A stretch of DNA of 64,000 nucleotides from Nitrospirota bacterium (GTDB lineage Bacteria > Nitrospirota > Nitrospiria > 2-01-FULL-66-17). The notes under the pieces were generated by a model. That model had not been told where the DNA came from. It searched no databases and saw only the letters and a list, made by a program, of their open reading frames with translations. Below are positions 38,058 to 50,420 of the stretch, one piece after another; position 1 is the first letter of the stretch, and every line of letters starts with the position of its first letter. The DNA lies in contig JBMOMC010000043.1 of assembly GCA_049325335.1 (NCBI GenBank), positions 402,633-466,632 on the forward strand. Reading direction: 5' to 3'. The position numbers and the translations under genes are program-made.

Positions 38058-39242
38058 TTAGGGAGCGGTGTTGATCGCGGCGAGCAGGCGGCGGATCGCG
38101 TCGGCGCCGGTTTCGGGCGCGCTCACCAGCGACAACACGATGTGGGTCGGGTCGAGGTCGTAGAAGAAGCCGGGGTGAACCAGCACGCCGCTGGTGCGCA
38201 GAATGTGCAGCGCCAAGGCCTCGTCGTCCAGGGTGGTGTCCACGCGTACGGAGGCGTAGAACCCTCCGCGCGGAGCAATGAGCGAGACACGGGGAGATTG
38301 TTGCAGCAGAGCGAGCGCGTCCCGGCGTCGCCGCGCGATCGCGGATCGGTACTGTTCAAGGAACGGGCGGCCTTGGGACAGGATGGTTGGCGTGGCGGCC
38401 TGCGCGATCTCGTTCATGGGTAAGAACGCGTCGGCCATCCGCTCCAACGCGCCGAGCGTGCTCGTGACGGCTGCGGGATCTCCGGTCAGTGCCATCCACC
38501 CCAGCTTCATGCCCGGCAGCGCGAACATCTTGGAGAACCCATTGAGCGTGACGACCAGGGGCGCGTCCGTGCCCACCGGACGCGGGAGCGTGTCGAGCCC
38601 GACCAGAAACTCGCCGAAGACCTCGTCGGCAATGATGGGCAGGTCGTGCTTACGCGCCACGGTGGTGACCGCGGTGATTGCTTCATCCGCTGCCACGGCG
38701 CCGGTGGGGTTGTGCGGCGAGATGAGGACGATCGCCCGCGTGCGATCCGTGATGGCGCTGGAGAGGCCGTCCACGTCGATCGCCCAGCCCGTGGCCTCGT
38801 CCAGCCGGTACGAGGTCAATTGCACGTGCGCGAGGCGCGCAATGTCGTCAAAGAGCGGGTACGAGGGCCGAGGCGTGAGCACCTCGTCACCCGGATTGCA
38901 GAACACCGAAAACGCGTACCAGTACGCGAGGCTGGTGCCGGGCGTGAGGATGATCTGAGCGGCCGGAACCGCGATGCCTTGGCTGTGGTAGTACGCGCTG
39001 ATCGCCTTGCGCGCGGGGATCTGCCCCAGCGGATTCGGTCGGTAGGTCTGTGCGCCGACCGCCGCGTCGGTGAGGATGGATTGGAGCAGGTCAGGTGGGA
39101 ACGCGATTCCCTGCTCCGTGACATTGCCCGAGACCAGATCGACAACCGGCAATCCCTGCGCGAGGCGCTGATCTCGCTCGCGGTACAAGGGGTTGGTCTC
39201 GGCATAAAAACTCGCGGCAAGGTGTGAGTGTCGGATCGACAC
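38058..39242 (-). CDS. class I/II PLP-dependent aminotransferase
   Basis: SPHNPTG, ADEVF, NGFSKMFALPGMKLGW. Confidence 0.92.
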   Translation of the reverse strand: MSIRHSHLAASFYAETNPLYRERDQRLAQGLPVVDLVSGNVTEQGIAFPPDLLQSILTDAAVGAQTYRPNPLGQIPARKAISAYYHSQGIAVPAAQIILTPGTSLAYWYAFSVFCNPGDEVLTPRPSYPLFDDIARLAHVQLTSYRLDEATGWAIDVDGLSSAITDRTRAIVLISPHNPTGAVAADEAITAVTTVARKHDLPIIADEVFGEFLVGLDTLPRPVGTDAPLVVTLNGFSKMFALPGMKLGWMALTGDPAAVTSTLGALERMADAFLPMNEIAQAATPTILSQGRPFLEQYRSAIARRRRDALALLQQSPRVSLIAPRGGFYASVRVDTTLDDEALALHILRTSGVLVHPGFFYDLDPTHIVLSLVSAPETGADAIRRLLAAINTAP

Positions 39243-39245
39243 CGC

Positions 39246-40247
39246 TCAGTCGTAGAAATTCCGGGCCCACGCGTGGGCCGCGACCCGTTTCATCAGCTCG
39301 GGCGTGAACGCGGGGCCGTTCGCGTAGCGGGCGTTGGCTTCGACGTGTTCGGAACGACGCATGCCGGGGATCACCGTGGCCACGGACGGTTCACTCAGAA
39401 TCGTGTGGCTCAACACGTATTGCAGCGCGGCGTGGGCCAGCGTCTCGTATTCGCCGCCGACCGCGGTCTTGAGCGCGTCCGCGCGGCGCACGGTTTCCGC
39501 GAGGCGGTCGCCCTTGAAGTAGTCGCGGCGCCAATCGGTCCGCGCAAACGTGGTGTCCGCTCGCAGCGAGCCGGTGAGCCCGCCCTCATCAAATGGGCAC
39601 CGCGCGATGATTCCCACGTGGTGTTCCTGGGCCACCGGCAGCAGACGCAGCGCCGGGCTCTGGTCGAACAGGTTAAAAATGACCTGGATCGCGTCGATCC
39701 ACCCGGATCGAACCAGTTCGAGCGCGCTGTCGGGTTCGTGGTCGTTGATCGAGACGCCCAAATACCGGATCTTGCCGGCCAGTTGTAGGTCCCGCAACGT
39801 CTCGATCCACTCGGTCTCCCTGATCCATTGCGGCGACCAGACGTGGAGTTGCTGCAGGTCGATGAAGTCGCTGTCGAGGTGGCGCAGACTCTCCTCGGTG
39901 CACTGAATAATCCAGTCTTTGGGAAACACCTCGCGGATCGGCGCGTTGTGGCGGGCGGGCCACTCGCGGTTTTTGGGCGGAATCTTGGTCGCGACCGTGA
40001 TCTTGCGGCGCACGCCGAATTTCTTGGCCGCCTTCGCGATGAGGCGCTCGCTGCGCCCGTCGCCATAGGCGTGCGCGCTGTCAAAGAACGTGATGCCGAG
40101 TTGCAGCGCCTTCTCCAGCGCGGCCAGGGACAACGTATCGTCCCCGCGTCCCCACGCCCCGCCGCCGATGCCCCACGCGCCAAACCCGAGTTCGGACACC
40201 GCAAGCCCGGTGCGGCCCAACGTGCGCGTGCGGATGCTCGTGCTCAC
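39246..40247 (-). CDS. aldo/keto reductase
   Basis: LGRTGL.VSELGFG, FFDSAHAYG.G.SE, IDLQQLH, VIPG. Confidence 0.93.
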   Translation of the reverse strand: MSTSIRTRTLGRTGLAVSELGFGAWGIGGGAWGRGDDTLSLAALEKALQLGITFFDSAHAYGDGRSERLIAKAAKKFGVRRKITVATKIPPKNREWPARHNAPIREVFPKDWIIQCTEESLRHLDSDFIDLQQLHVWSPQWIRETEWIETLRDLQLAGKIRYLGVSINDHEPDSALELVRSGWIDAIQVIFNLFDQSPALRLLPVAQEHHVGIIARCPFDEGGLTGSLRADTTFARTDWRRDYFKGDRLAETVRRADALKTAVGGEYETLAHAALQYVLSHTILSEPSVATVIPGMRRSEHVEANARYANGPAFTPELMKRVAAHAWARNFYD

Positions 40248-40343
40248 GGCCGCAGAATACCAAGGCGAGGAGAAACGGGTCAATCGACCCGGCGCGGCGT
40301 GCGGATCTGGTACAGCGAGGCACGCTGTGGTAGCATGCCGCCT

Positions 40344-40583
40344 ATGGCCAAGGTACAACTCTACACCACGGATTTTTGTCGGTACTGCCGTGTGGCGAAA
40401 GCCTTGCTCGACGATGCGAAGATTCCGTACGAAGAGATCAACATCTCGGGTACGCCCGAAATGCGCGACGTATTGGTCCAGAAAACCGGGGAGTGGACCG
40501 TGCCGCAGATCTTCGTGGACGGCCAGTACATCGGCCAGGACGACGAGCTGCGCGAGTGGATCAAATCAGGGCGACTGAAGTGA
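40344..40583 (+). CDS. glutaredoxin
   Basis: CRYC active site, TVPQIFV. Confidence 0.9.
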   Translation: MAKVQLYTTDFCRYCRVAKALLDDAKIPYEEINISGTPEMRDVLVQKTGEWTVPQIFVDGQYIGQDDELREWIKSGRLK

Positions 40584-41278
40584 GCCGCCCTGGCGATCCC
40601 CTGGAAGTGCAGACGCCTCCGATCGAAATCGAAACCGGACGTAACCCCACGGCCGCGGTGATCTGGTTGCACGGGTTGGGCGCGGACGGCCACGATTTCG
40701 AGCCGATCGTGCCGGAGTTGCGGTTGCCGAGCGCGCTTCCGATCCGGTTCATTTTCCCCCACGCCCCGCACCGGCCGGTGACCATCAACAACGGGTACGT
40801 GATGCGCGCGTGGTACGACATCCGCACCGCGGAGTTCGTGCAGCGGGAGGACGAGACCGGCATTCGGGAATCGGAGAAAACTGTTCAGGAGCTGATTGCG
40901 CGGGAACACGCGCGGGGCGTGCCATCCAGCCGGATCGTACTTGCCGGGTTCTCCCAAGGCGGGGCGATCGTGCTGCATGTCGGGACGCGGTATCCCGAAC
41001 GCCTGGCCGGGATTATGGCGTTGTCCACGTACTTGCCGTTGATCGAGTCGTTCGCGGCTGAAGCCCACGGCGCCAACCGCAATGTCCCTGTCTTCATGGC
41101 GCACGGCACCGAAGACCCCATCATCCCTCTTGAACGCGGCCGGATGTCGGCCGACCGGCTCAAGGTCGCCGGCGCCGAGGTGTTGTGGCGCAGCTACGAG
41201 ATGGGCCACTCGGTGTGCATCGAGGAAATCGGCGATATCGCGGCGTGGTTGGTCCGGGTGTTGACCAAAGGCGCCTGA
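40580..41278 (+). CDS. phospholipase/carboxylesterase (alpha/beta hydrolase)
   Basis: WLHGLGADG, MRAWYD, GFSQGG, HGTEDP. Confidence 0.93.
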   Translation: MSRPGDPLEVQTPPIEIETGRNPTAAVIWLHGLGADGHDFEPIVPELRLPSALPIRFIFPHAPHRPVTINNGYVMRAWYDIRTAEFVQREDETGIRESEKTVQELIAREHARGVPSSRIVLAGFSQGGAIVLHVGTRYPERLAGIMALSTYLPLIESFAAEAHGANRNVPVFMAHGTEDPIIPLERGRMSADRLKVAGAEVLWRSYEMGHSVCIEEIGDIAAWLVRVLTKGA

Positions 41279-41422
41279 CCGAGTTTCCCGCGGGTTTCTG
41301 ATCGTCGCGCGACTGAGCGGCCTTGACACCGCTCTAGGGGAATTCGGACAATCTACCCGGGACGAGCGCGGACGTCCCGACCTCCTCTCCGCGGATCAAT
41401 CCCCTCACCCTGCGAGGGCGCC

Positions 41423-42187
41423 ATGACGACGCAAATCGAAATCGAACTGGGAGGCCGGAGATCGCTCGATGAGCAGATTGCTCGTTTCCGCAAGCAACTG
41501 GCTCGCCTGGAACCGCTGCTGATCGGTCTGGTGACGTCGCAGGCGCTGGAGCAATTCGACGCCGCGACCGAGCGGTTGATCGCGGAGGCCTTCGGCAGCA
41601 CGTCCGACAAGCTGGACACCTACTCGTACGCCCAGCTTGGTGAAGCCGCGAGCATGCTCAACCTTCAGGAGGAGGCTCCTGAAGGTAGCCATGACGATCT
41701 CGGCCGTGAGAGCCTGCGGCAACGCCGCCGGGTGCTGGAAAGCTGCGTCTGGGAGCTCGAGGCCAAGCGGGCGGCGAACGCCAAAACGCGGAGCCCGGTT
41801 CCGCACGCCGCGACGAAAGTGTCGGAATACACCACGCGACAGATTCGCAGCATCCAGGCGGACGCGACGTTGCACGACGCCGGGAAGCGGATGGAGGACT
41901 ATAAGGTCGCGTGCCTGTTCGTGGGAGACCCTGGGCGCTACGTGGGTACGATCACCGACGCCATGCTCTGCCGAGCCGTTGTTCTACAAGGGCTCGATCC
42001 CGCCGCTACCCCGGTTGGGCGCTGTATGGACGAAACGATCGTCTCGATCGACGATCACCAGCCCATGGTTGAAGCGGTGAAATTGATGAAAGACCGGGGC
42101 ATCCGGCATTTGGCGGTGGTCGAGGACGACACGATCGTCGGCGTGCTGTCGGCGTCCGACCTGCTCAGATATTACTCCGGCGTGTAA
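41423..42187 (+). CDS. CBS-pair protein with helical N-terminal domain
   Basis: C-terminal tandem CBS (GIRHLAV, VGVLSASDLL); upstream TTGACA-N18-GACAAT. Confidence 0.85.
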   Translation: MTTQIEIELGGRRSLDEQIARFRKQLARLEPLLIGLVTSQALEQFDAATERLIAEAFGSTSDKLDTYSYAQLGEAASMLNLQEEAPEGSHDDLGRESLRQRRRVLESCVWELEAKRAANAKTRSPVPHAATKVSEYTTRQIRSIQADATLHDAGKRMEDYKVACLFVGDPGRYVGTITDAMLCRAVVLQGLDPAATPVGRCMDETIVSIDDHQPMVEAVKLMKDRGIRHLAVVEDDTIVGVLSASDLLRYYSGV

Positions 42188-42220
42188 GCTCGCCGACGTC
42201 CTCGGCGAGCGTGCGCTGCG

Positions 42221-43285
42221 TTAGAGGCGGTCCACCCGGCTCGTGCGGTCGCGTAGGAAATGGTCGGCCAGCACCAAGGCCGTCATGGCTTCCGCGATGG
42301 GCACGGCGCGGATACCCACGCACGGGTCGTGACGGCCCTTGGTCGCGATTTTCGCCGGGTTCCCGCGCACGTCGATGGTGTCCTGTTCGATCGCGATCGA
42401 TGACGTGGGTTTGAGCGCGAGGCGGATCACGATCTCGTCGCCGTTGGAGATCCCGCCGAGAATGCCGCCCGCGTGGTTGCTGGCAAACCCGTTGGGCGTG
42501 ATGGGGTCGCAGTTTTCGCTGCCGCGCAGGTCTACCACGCCGAAGCCGTCCCCGATCTCCACGCCTTTGACCGCGTTGATGGACATCATGGCCTTGGCCA
42601 AATCCGCGTCCAGTTTGTCGAACACGGGTTCGCCCAAACCCGCGGGCACGCCGCGCGCCAGCACCTCGACCAATGCGCCGACCGAATCCTTTTTGGCCTG
42701 CGCGTCTTTGATCACCGCGGTCATGGCCTCGACCACGTTGGGGTCGGGGCTGAACAAGGCGTTGTGATTGATGGCGGAGAGGTCTTTATCCACGACCTTG
42801 ACCGGCCCGATTTGCGTGACATAACCGACAACGGACATGCCGTGGCGCGCCAGGAGTTTTCGCGCGATCGCGCCCGCGGCCACGCGGCCGATGGTCTCGC
42901 GCGCGGAAGATCGGCCGCCGCCGCGATAGTCGCGCCGCCCGTACTTTTTCCAATACGTGAAGTCCGCGTGGCCCGGGCGGAACAAATCTTTGATGCGGCT
43001 GTAATCCTGCGAACGCGCATCTTCGTTGCGCACGAGCATGGCGATCGGCGTGCCCGTGGTGAGGCCCTCGAATACGCCGCTGAGGATCTCGGCGCGGTCG
43101 CTCTCTTGCCGCTGCGTGGTGAGGAGGCTCTGGCCCGGCTTGCGGCGCTCCAAATCGCGCTGGATGTCCTCGACCGCCAACGGCAGCCCGGCCGGGCAAC
43201 CGTCCACGATCACGCCCAATGCCGGGCCGTGGCTTTCGCCGAATGTGCTGATGCGGAAGGCTTGTCCGAAGGTGTTGCCCGCCAT
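42221..43285 (-). CDS. aroC: chorismate synthase
   Basis: GESHG, RPGHAD, RSSARET, GRHDPC. Confidence 0.97.
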   Translation of the reverse strand: MAGNTFGQAFRISTFGESHGPALGVIVDGCPAGLPLAVEDIQRDLERRKPGQSLLTTQRQESDRAEILSGVFEGLTTGTPIAMLVRNEDARSQDYSRIKDLFRPGHADFTYWKKYGRRDYRGGGRSSARETIGRVAAGAIARKLLARHGMSVVGYVTQIGPVKVVDKDLSAINHNALFSPDPNVVEAMTAVIKDAQAKKDSVGALVEVLARGVPAGLGEPVFDKLDADLAKAMMSINAVKGVEIGDGFGVVDLRGSENCDPITPNGFASNHAGGILGGISNGDEIVIRLALKPTSSIAIEQDTIDVRGNPAKIATKGRHDPCVGIRAVPIAEAMTALVLADHFLRDRTSRVDRL

Positions 43286-43353
43286 TGCGTTCCCCTTGGG
43301 TCGGTGGCATTATACACGCCCAGCGTGTCGCAAGACCAACCCGGATCGTCCGC

Positions 43354-43767
43354 ATGAAGAGTTATCGCGAAGAACTCTGGTTTCAGACCCCGACGCGTCG
43401 GCAGTTCATTAACATCACGCCGCAGGTTGAAGCGGCGCTCAAGAAGAGCGGAATCAAAGAGGGATTGTGTTTGGTCAACCCCATGCACATTACCGCGAGC
43501 GTCTACATCAACGACGACGAATCCGGCCTGCTCGCTGACTATGAGGCCTTCCTGGAACTTCTGATCCCGCAGCATGGGGACTACCGCCATAACTTGACGG
43601 GAGAAGACAACGCCGACGCCCACATCAAACGGCAACTCATGGGACGCGAGGTCGTGGTGGCGATTACCAACGGCGAACTCGACTTCGGGACATGGGAGCA
43701 GATTTTTTACGCCGAGTTCGACGGCAAACGCAAGAAACGCGTGCTGGTGAAAATCATTGGAGAGTGA
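43354..43767 (+). CDS. yjbQ: YjbQ/UPF0047 family protein
   Basis: [31 protein letters not shown]. Confidence 0.92.
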   Translation: MKSYREELWFQTPTRRQFINITPQVEAALKKSGIKEGLCLVNPMHITASVYINDDESGLLADYEAFLELLIPQHGDYRHNLTGEDNADAHIKRQLMGREVVVAITNGELDFGTWEQIFYAEFDGKRKKRVLVKIIGE

Positions 43768-44106
43768 ATGAGCCGGGGAGCGGGCGAGCCGGGGAACCGG
43801 GGAAAAAGCGATGCAGACGACGATTCGTCTGTACGCTCTTTCGCCGGTTCGCCCACTCCACCCACCTCCGGGTCGGTTGTTTCCCCCTGCTGTCAGACCT
43901 CGGCCAGGCGCTATATCAAGAAGCATCGCGACGTGGCGACGTGTGATACGTGCGGGATGTTGTTGTTGGGATACGGCAACGAGCGCGATTACGAGGAGAC
44001 GCGCAAGGCCTTGGCCGAGCAGGGCGCGACGTTTGCTGCCATGACGCACGGCGCGCTTACGGTGATCGTCAAACCTCGCATGACAAAATCCAAGGGGCGG
44101 ACATGA
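43768..44106 (+). CDS. hypothetical Zn-ribbon-like protein with repeat-derived N-terminus
   Basis: SPCC...CDTCG; abuts yjbQ and overlaps the next gene by ATGA. Confidence 0.6.
   Translation: MSRGAGEPGNRGKSDADDDSSVRSFAGSPTPPTSGSVVSPCCQTSARRYIKKHRDVATCDTCGMLLLGYGNERDYEETRKALAEQGATFAAMTHGALTVIVKPRMTKSKGRT
43770..43870. repeat. G-rich 8-mer imperfect palindromic element
   Basis: GAGCCGGG/GAACCGGG units with a complementary C-rich arm; an 18-nt exact match to the reverse complement of 56381-56398. Confidence 0.7.
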
Positions 44107-44522
44107 CGGATCTGATGGCCGCGGAAGAAGCGGTGGTGGCCGCGAACGAACGGTTCTACCGCGCGTTCGCGAGCCTGGATATCAAGGAAATGGAGTCGGT
44201 CTGGCTCACCACCGCGTCTGTGCAGTGCATCCATCCCGGGTGGGGGCCGTTGTCCGGGTGGGCCGACGTGCGCGACAGTTGGGTGCGCATTTTCAACAAC
44301 ACGTCGGCCATGACTTTCACCCCTCACGTCCTCCACATCTCGGTACAAGGCGACCTTGCGTGGCTGGTGTGTATCGAGGAGATTACCAGCCGGCACGCGG
44401 ATGAAGAGCACAGCAGCCAGGTCCTGGCGACGAATCTGTTCGAGCGGCGCGGCGGGCAGTGGCTGATGGTGCACCACCACTCATCCCCGGTGTTCCGAGC
44501 GACCGGCGAGGACGAGGCCTAG
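44103..44522 (+). CDS. NTF2-like/SnoaL-like protein
   Basis: ANERFYRAF, CIHPGW, ATNLF, WLMVHHHSS. Confidence 0.9.
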   Translation: MTDLMAAEEAVVAANERFYRAFASLDIKEMESVWLTTASVQCIHPGWGPLSGWADVRDSWVRIFNNTSAMTFTPHVLHISVQGDLAWLVCIEEITSRHADEEHSSQVLATNLFERRGGQWLMVHHHSSPVFRATGEDEA

Positions 44523-44526
44523 CGCC

Positions 44527-46158
44527 GTGACCGCGGGCGAGCTCTTCGTCAAATGCCTGGAGGCCGAGGGCGTCGAATACATCTTCGGGCTTCCCGGCGA
44601 AGAGAACCTGGACCTGCTGGACGCGCTCTCGCGATCGCCGATTCGGTTTATCCCGACTCGTCACGAGCAAGGCGCGGCGTTCATGGCCGACGTCTATGGG
44701 CGGCTCACCGGCCGGGCCGGAGTGTGCCTGGCCACGTTGGGACCCGGCGCTACGAACCTGGCGACCGGGATCGGCGACGCAAACCTCGACCATGCGCCGC
44801 TCGTGGCGATCACCGGCCAGGCCGGGTTGGAGCGCGTGCACAAAGAATCCCACCAATACGTCAACATCGTGGAAGCGTTCGCGCCGCTGACCAAGTGGAA
44901 CGCCCGCGTCGAGCGAGCCTCGGTGATTCCCGAGGTCGTGCGCCGTGCGTTCAAGACCGCCCAGGAGGAAAAGCCCGGCGCGTGTCATATCGAGTTGCCC
45001 GAAGACGTGGCGGGCGAGGCCGTGACCGGGGAGCCGCTCGCCAGCCGACGTGCCAGGCGGCCCTCCCCGGATCGGCCGTCGCTTCGGGCCGCGGCGGAGC
45101 GTATCGACGCGGCGCGGCATCCGATCATCTTGGCTGGCCACGGCGTCATCCGAGGCGGCGCCTCAGCGGAGTTGGTGGCGTTCGCGGAAAAGACCGCGAT
45201 TCCGGTGGCCAATACGTTCATGGCCAAGGGCGCCGTGCCCGCGGACCATTCGTTGTCGTTGCTGTCCATCGGCCTACAGGCCAAAGATTTTGTCTCGTGC
45301 GGCTTTGACGCGGCCGACCTCATCATGACCGTGGGGTACGATCACGTCGAATACGCTCCGTACCATTGGAATCCCAACGGCGACAAGCCGATCGTGCACG
45401 TCGATTTCACCCCGGCGGAGACGGACGCGATGTATCAACCCGACGTCGAGGTCGTCAGCGACGTACGCGAGGCGTTGGAATTGTTGTGTGGCGAGGTGAC
45501 GCAGGCGCACGATCGCGGGTACCCACGGCGACTGCGCGAGGCGATCCTGCGGGACCTGGACCGCGACGCCGAGGCGGCGGTCATGCCGATGAAACCCGCG
45601 CGCGTCCTACGCGATCTTCGCCGCGGGCTGGGACGGAACGACGTGGTGATCAGCGATGTGGGCGCGCACAAATTGTTGGTGGCGAGACTCTTCCCAGCCT
45701 ATGAACCCAACACGGTGCTGATCTCCAACGGATTCGCGTCCATGGGCATCGCATTGCCGGGTGCCGTCGCCGCCGCGCTGATCCGGCCGGATCGCCACGT
45801 GGTCGCGGTCTGCGGTGACGGCGGGTTTCTGATGAACGTGCAAGAGCTCGAAACCGCGATGCGACTCGGGGTGGCATTCGTCGTGGTGGTGTTCCGGGAC
45901 GAGGGGTACGGTCTGATCCGGTGGAAACAGGAGCGACAGTTCGGCGCGGGGTTCGGCATCGACTTCGGAAACCCGGACATCGTTCGGCTCGCCGAGGCGT
46001 TTGGCGCCAAGGGTTATCGGGTCGAACGGGCCGATGACTTCGGTCCCATGCTCACCGACGCGTTGGTCCAACGCGTGCCCTCCGTGATCGACGTACCTAT
46101 TGACTACCGCGATGGAATTGTGAATCCGGAGCAGGGCAAGATCATCTGCCCGACATAA
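44527..46158 (+). CDS. acetolactate synthase-like ThDP enzyme, large subunit
   Basis: FGLPGEEN, RHEQGAAFMA, GPGATN, GDGGFLMN; no small subunit adjacent. Confidence 0.92.
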   Translation: MTAGELFVKCLEAEGVEYIFGLPGEENLDLLDALSRSPIRFIPTRHEQGAAFMADVYGRLTGRAGVCLATLGPGATNLATGIGDANLDHAPLVAITGQAGLERVHKESHQYVNIVEAFAPLTKWNARVERASVIPEVVRRAFKTAQEEKPGACHIELPEDVAGEAVTGEPLASRRARRPSPDRPSLRAAAERIDAARHPIILAGHGVIRGGASAELVAFAEKTAIPVANTFMAKGAVPADHSLSLLSIGLQAKDFVSCGFDAADLIMTVGYDHVEYAPYHWNPNGDKPIVHVDFTPAETDAMYQPDVEVVSDVREALELLCGEVTQAHDRGYPRRLREAILRDLDRDAEAAVMPMKPARVLRDLRRGLGRNDVVISDVGAHKLLVARLFPAYEPNTVLISNGFASMGIALPGAVAAALIRPDRHVVAVCGDGGFLMNVQELETAMRLGVAFVVVVFRDEGYGLIRWKQERQFGAGFGIDFGNPDIVRLAEAFGAKGYRVERADDFGPMLTDALVQRVPSVIDVPIDYRDGIVNPEQGKIICPT

Positions 46159-46205
46159 AGAGAGACCACCCATGATCGATCATCTGCGGGGTTGCCGCAG
46201 AACCC

Positions 46206-46781
46206 TCAACGGAAGTATTCGGGTTCTTTTCCCTGTTTCCACTTGATGTTGCATCCCGCGCTGGGTTTCTGCGTCGGGGGAACGGGTTTGCCGGCCAACA
46301 CGGCGTCGCAGGCGGCGCGCAGGTCCTTGCCCGTTACGGGCGTGTTGTTGCCGGGCCGGCTGTCATCGAACTGCCCCCGGTATACCAGCCGTTGGTCCGC
46401 GTCGAATAGGAAAAAGTCCGGCGTACATGCGGCGCGGTAGGCCTTGGCCACGGCTTGGGTCGCGTCGTAGAGGTACGGAAACGCGTATCCCGCCGCCGCG
46501 GCTTCCTTCGCCATCAACTCCGGACGATCCTCGGGGTATTCATCCACGTCGTTGCTGTTGATCCCCACCATCGCGAGCCCCTTGGCCTGATACTGCCGCG
46601 CGAACTCGGCCAATCCGTTCCGGATGTGTTTGACGTACGGGCAGTGATTGCAGATGAAGGCGACAAGCAAGGCGGGCGATGACGTGAAGTCGTCGCGGGC
46701 CACAATCCGGCCCGTGGTATCCGGGAGCCGAAAGTCGGGCGCGGATGTTCCGATCGGCAGCATGGTGGATGCGGTCAACAT
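46206..46781 (-). CDS. AhpC/TSA thioredoxin-family protein
   Basis: FICNHCPYV, AACTPDFF, GCNIKW. Confidence 0.92.
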   Translation of the reverse strand: MLTASTMLPIGTSAPDFRLPDTTGRIVARDDFTSSPALLVAFICNHCPYVKHIRNGLAEFARQYQAKGLAMVGINSNDVDEYPEDRPELMAKEAAAAGYAFPYLYDATQAVAKAYRAACTPDFFLFDADQRLVYRGQFDDSRPGNNTPVTGKDLRAACDAVLAGKPVPPTQKPSAGCNIKWKQGKEPEYFR

Positions 46782-46858
46782 GAGGACAACTCCTTATTGA
46801 GGAGACGACCTGCGCCGTAGACGATGTTAGCGACGATACGAGGCCGGAAGGTGAGGAG

Positions 46859-47218
46859 TCAAGCGGCTTCGGCCACGGCCGAGGGTGGGGCGTGCAGGCG
46901 ACCGTCGATCCACGCTCTAAGCCGCTTGGAATCCGCGTCGGATCGATACGCGAAGCGAACCCCGATGCCACCCAAATTGCGCGTGACCACCTTCCCGTCC
47001 GTGGCGAATGGGGCGCAGTCCGGATCGAGGGGGAAGACGAGGCGCAGCGTGGACCCGACCGGGTATGGGAACGCGACTTGGACGAAACACCCCGACACAC
47101 TGAGGTGGTGGATCATCCCCTCGCGGTGATGCTGTTCCCACTCAATGCTGACCGGCTGCCGCAGCGTGAGTCGGTCGCCCCAGCGCGTCCCTGGTCCGTG
47201 GTGTGATCCGTCACTCAT
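46859..47218 (-). CDS. PilZ domain protein
   Basis: RWGDR (RxxxR) and HLSVSG (D/N replaced by H), GIGVRF. Confidence 0.8.
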   Translation of the reverse strand: MSDGSHHGPGTRWGDRLTLRQPVSIEWEQHHREGMIHHLSVSGCFVQVAFPYPVGSTLRLVFPLDPDCAPFATDGKVVTRNLGGIGVRFAYRSDADSKRLRAWIDGRLHAPPSAVAEAA

Positions 47219-47328
47219 GCCCCAATCATAACATCGTGGATGATTCCGGCCAGCGCCGGGGACTCCAGTCGGCTGTCGGAATCGAATCGTTCGGAGGCTA
47301 TAGGGCGGGATGTCGGAGTAAGGTCGGT

Positions 47329-47414
47329 TGGTGCCGAAGGGGGGAGTTGAACCCCCACGAGCTTGCGCTCAGCGGATTTTGAGTCCGCCGTGTCTGCCAT
47401 TCCACCACTTCGGC
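47329..47414 (-). tRNA. tRNA-Leu(CAA)
   Basis: GCCGAAG acceptor stem, anticodon arm GCGGA-CTCAAAA-TCCGC, long variable arm, GGTTCAA T-loop, encoded CCA. Confidence 0.96.
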
Positions 47415-47421
47415 CCCTGAT

Positions 47422-47537
47422 CCGTCGATAAGCCGCCATCTGCGGCGTTGCCGCTTCGGAAGCTTGTCCTCGCGTACGACTCAGTACGCTCCGGGAAGCT
47501 CCCTCGCGTCGCCTTGCATCTGGCGACTTCTCGACGG
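47422..47537. repeat. ~116-bp imperfect palindromic element (MITE/REP-like)
   Basis: Arms CCGTCGATAAGCCGCCATCTGC and GCATCTGGCGACTTCTCGACGG (18/22 complementary); central GCGTAC-GACTCA-GTACGC. Confidence 0.7.
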
Positions 47538-47594
47538 CCAGGGGCAAGGCGTTGTGCTCATCACGGATGCAACAACAACCTTTTCAAGAAGGGA

Positions 47595-49875
<2,281 letters not shown>

Positions 49876-49877
49876 GT

Positions 49878-50420
49878 CTAGCCTTTCAGCGTTTCCACGA
49901 CCACAGAATTATTCGTATAGATGTCGATATCCGCGGCGATCTTGAGCGCACGCGTCGCAATCGTTTCCGCGGTCATCCCCGGCTGTCCCAGTAGCGCGCG
50001 GGCTGCGGCGAGGGCATACGGGCCGCCGGAGCCGATGGCGAGAATCCCGTCCTCGGGTTCGATCACGTCGCCGGTCCCTGAGATCAACAACGACCCCGAC
50101 AGGTCCGCCACCGCGAGCAAGGCTTCGAGCCGCCGCAGAACGCGGTCCGTGCGCCAATCCTTGGCCAACTCCACGGCCGCGCGGCTCAAGTTGCCGCGGT
50201 GCTCGGACAATTTGGCTTCGAACTTGTCGAACAGGGCCAACGCGTCCGCGGTGGACCCGGCAAACCCCGCCAACACGCGGTCGTTGGCCATTCGGCGAAT
50301 CTTGCGCGCGTTGGACTTCATCACGGTGGTTCCCATGGTGACTTGGCCGTCGCAGGCCATGGCCACGTCGCGCTCCAGGCGCACGCAGAGTACCGTGGTG
50401 GATCGAATGCGCGGGGTCAT
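49878..50420 (-). CDS. hslV: HslUV protease peptidase subunit
   Basis: [22 protein letters not shown]. Confidence 0.97.
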   Translation of the reverse strand: MTPRIRSTTVLCVRLERDVAMACDGQVTMGTTVMKSNARKIRRMANDRVLAGFAGSTADALALFDKFEAKLSEHRGNLSRAAVELAKDWRTDRVLRRLEALLAVADLSGSLLISGTGDVIEPEDGILAIGSGGPYALAAARALLGQPGMTAETIATRALKIAADIDIYTNNSVVVETLKG

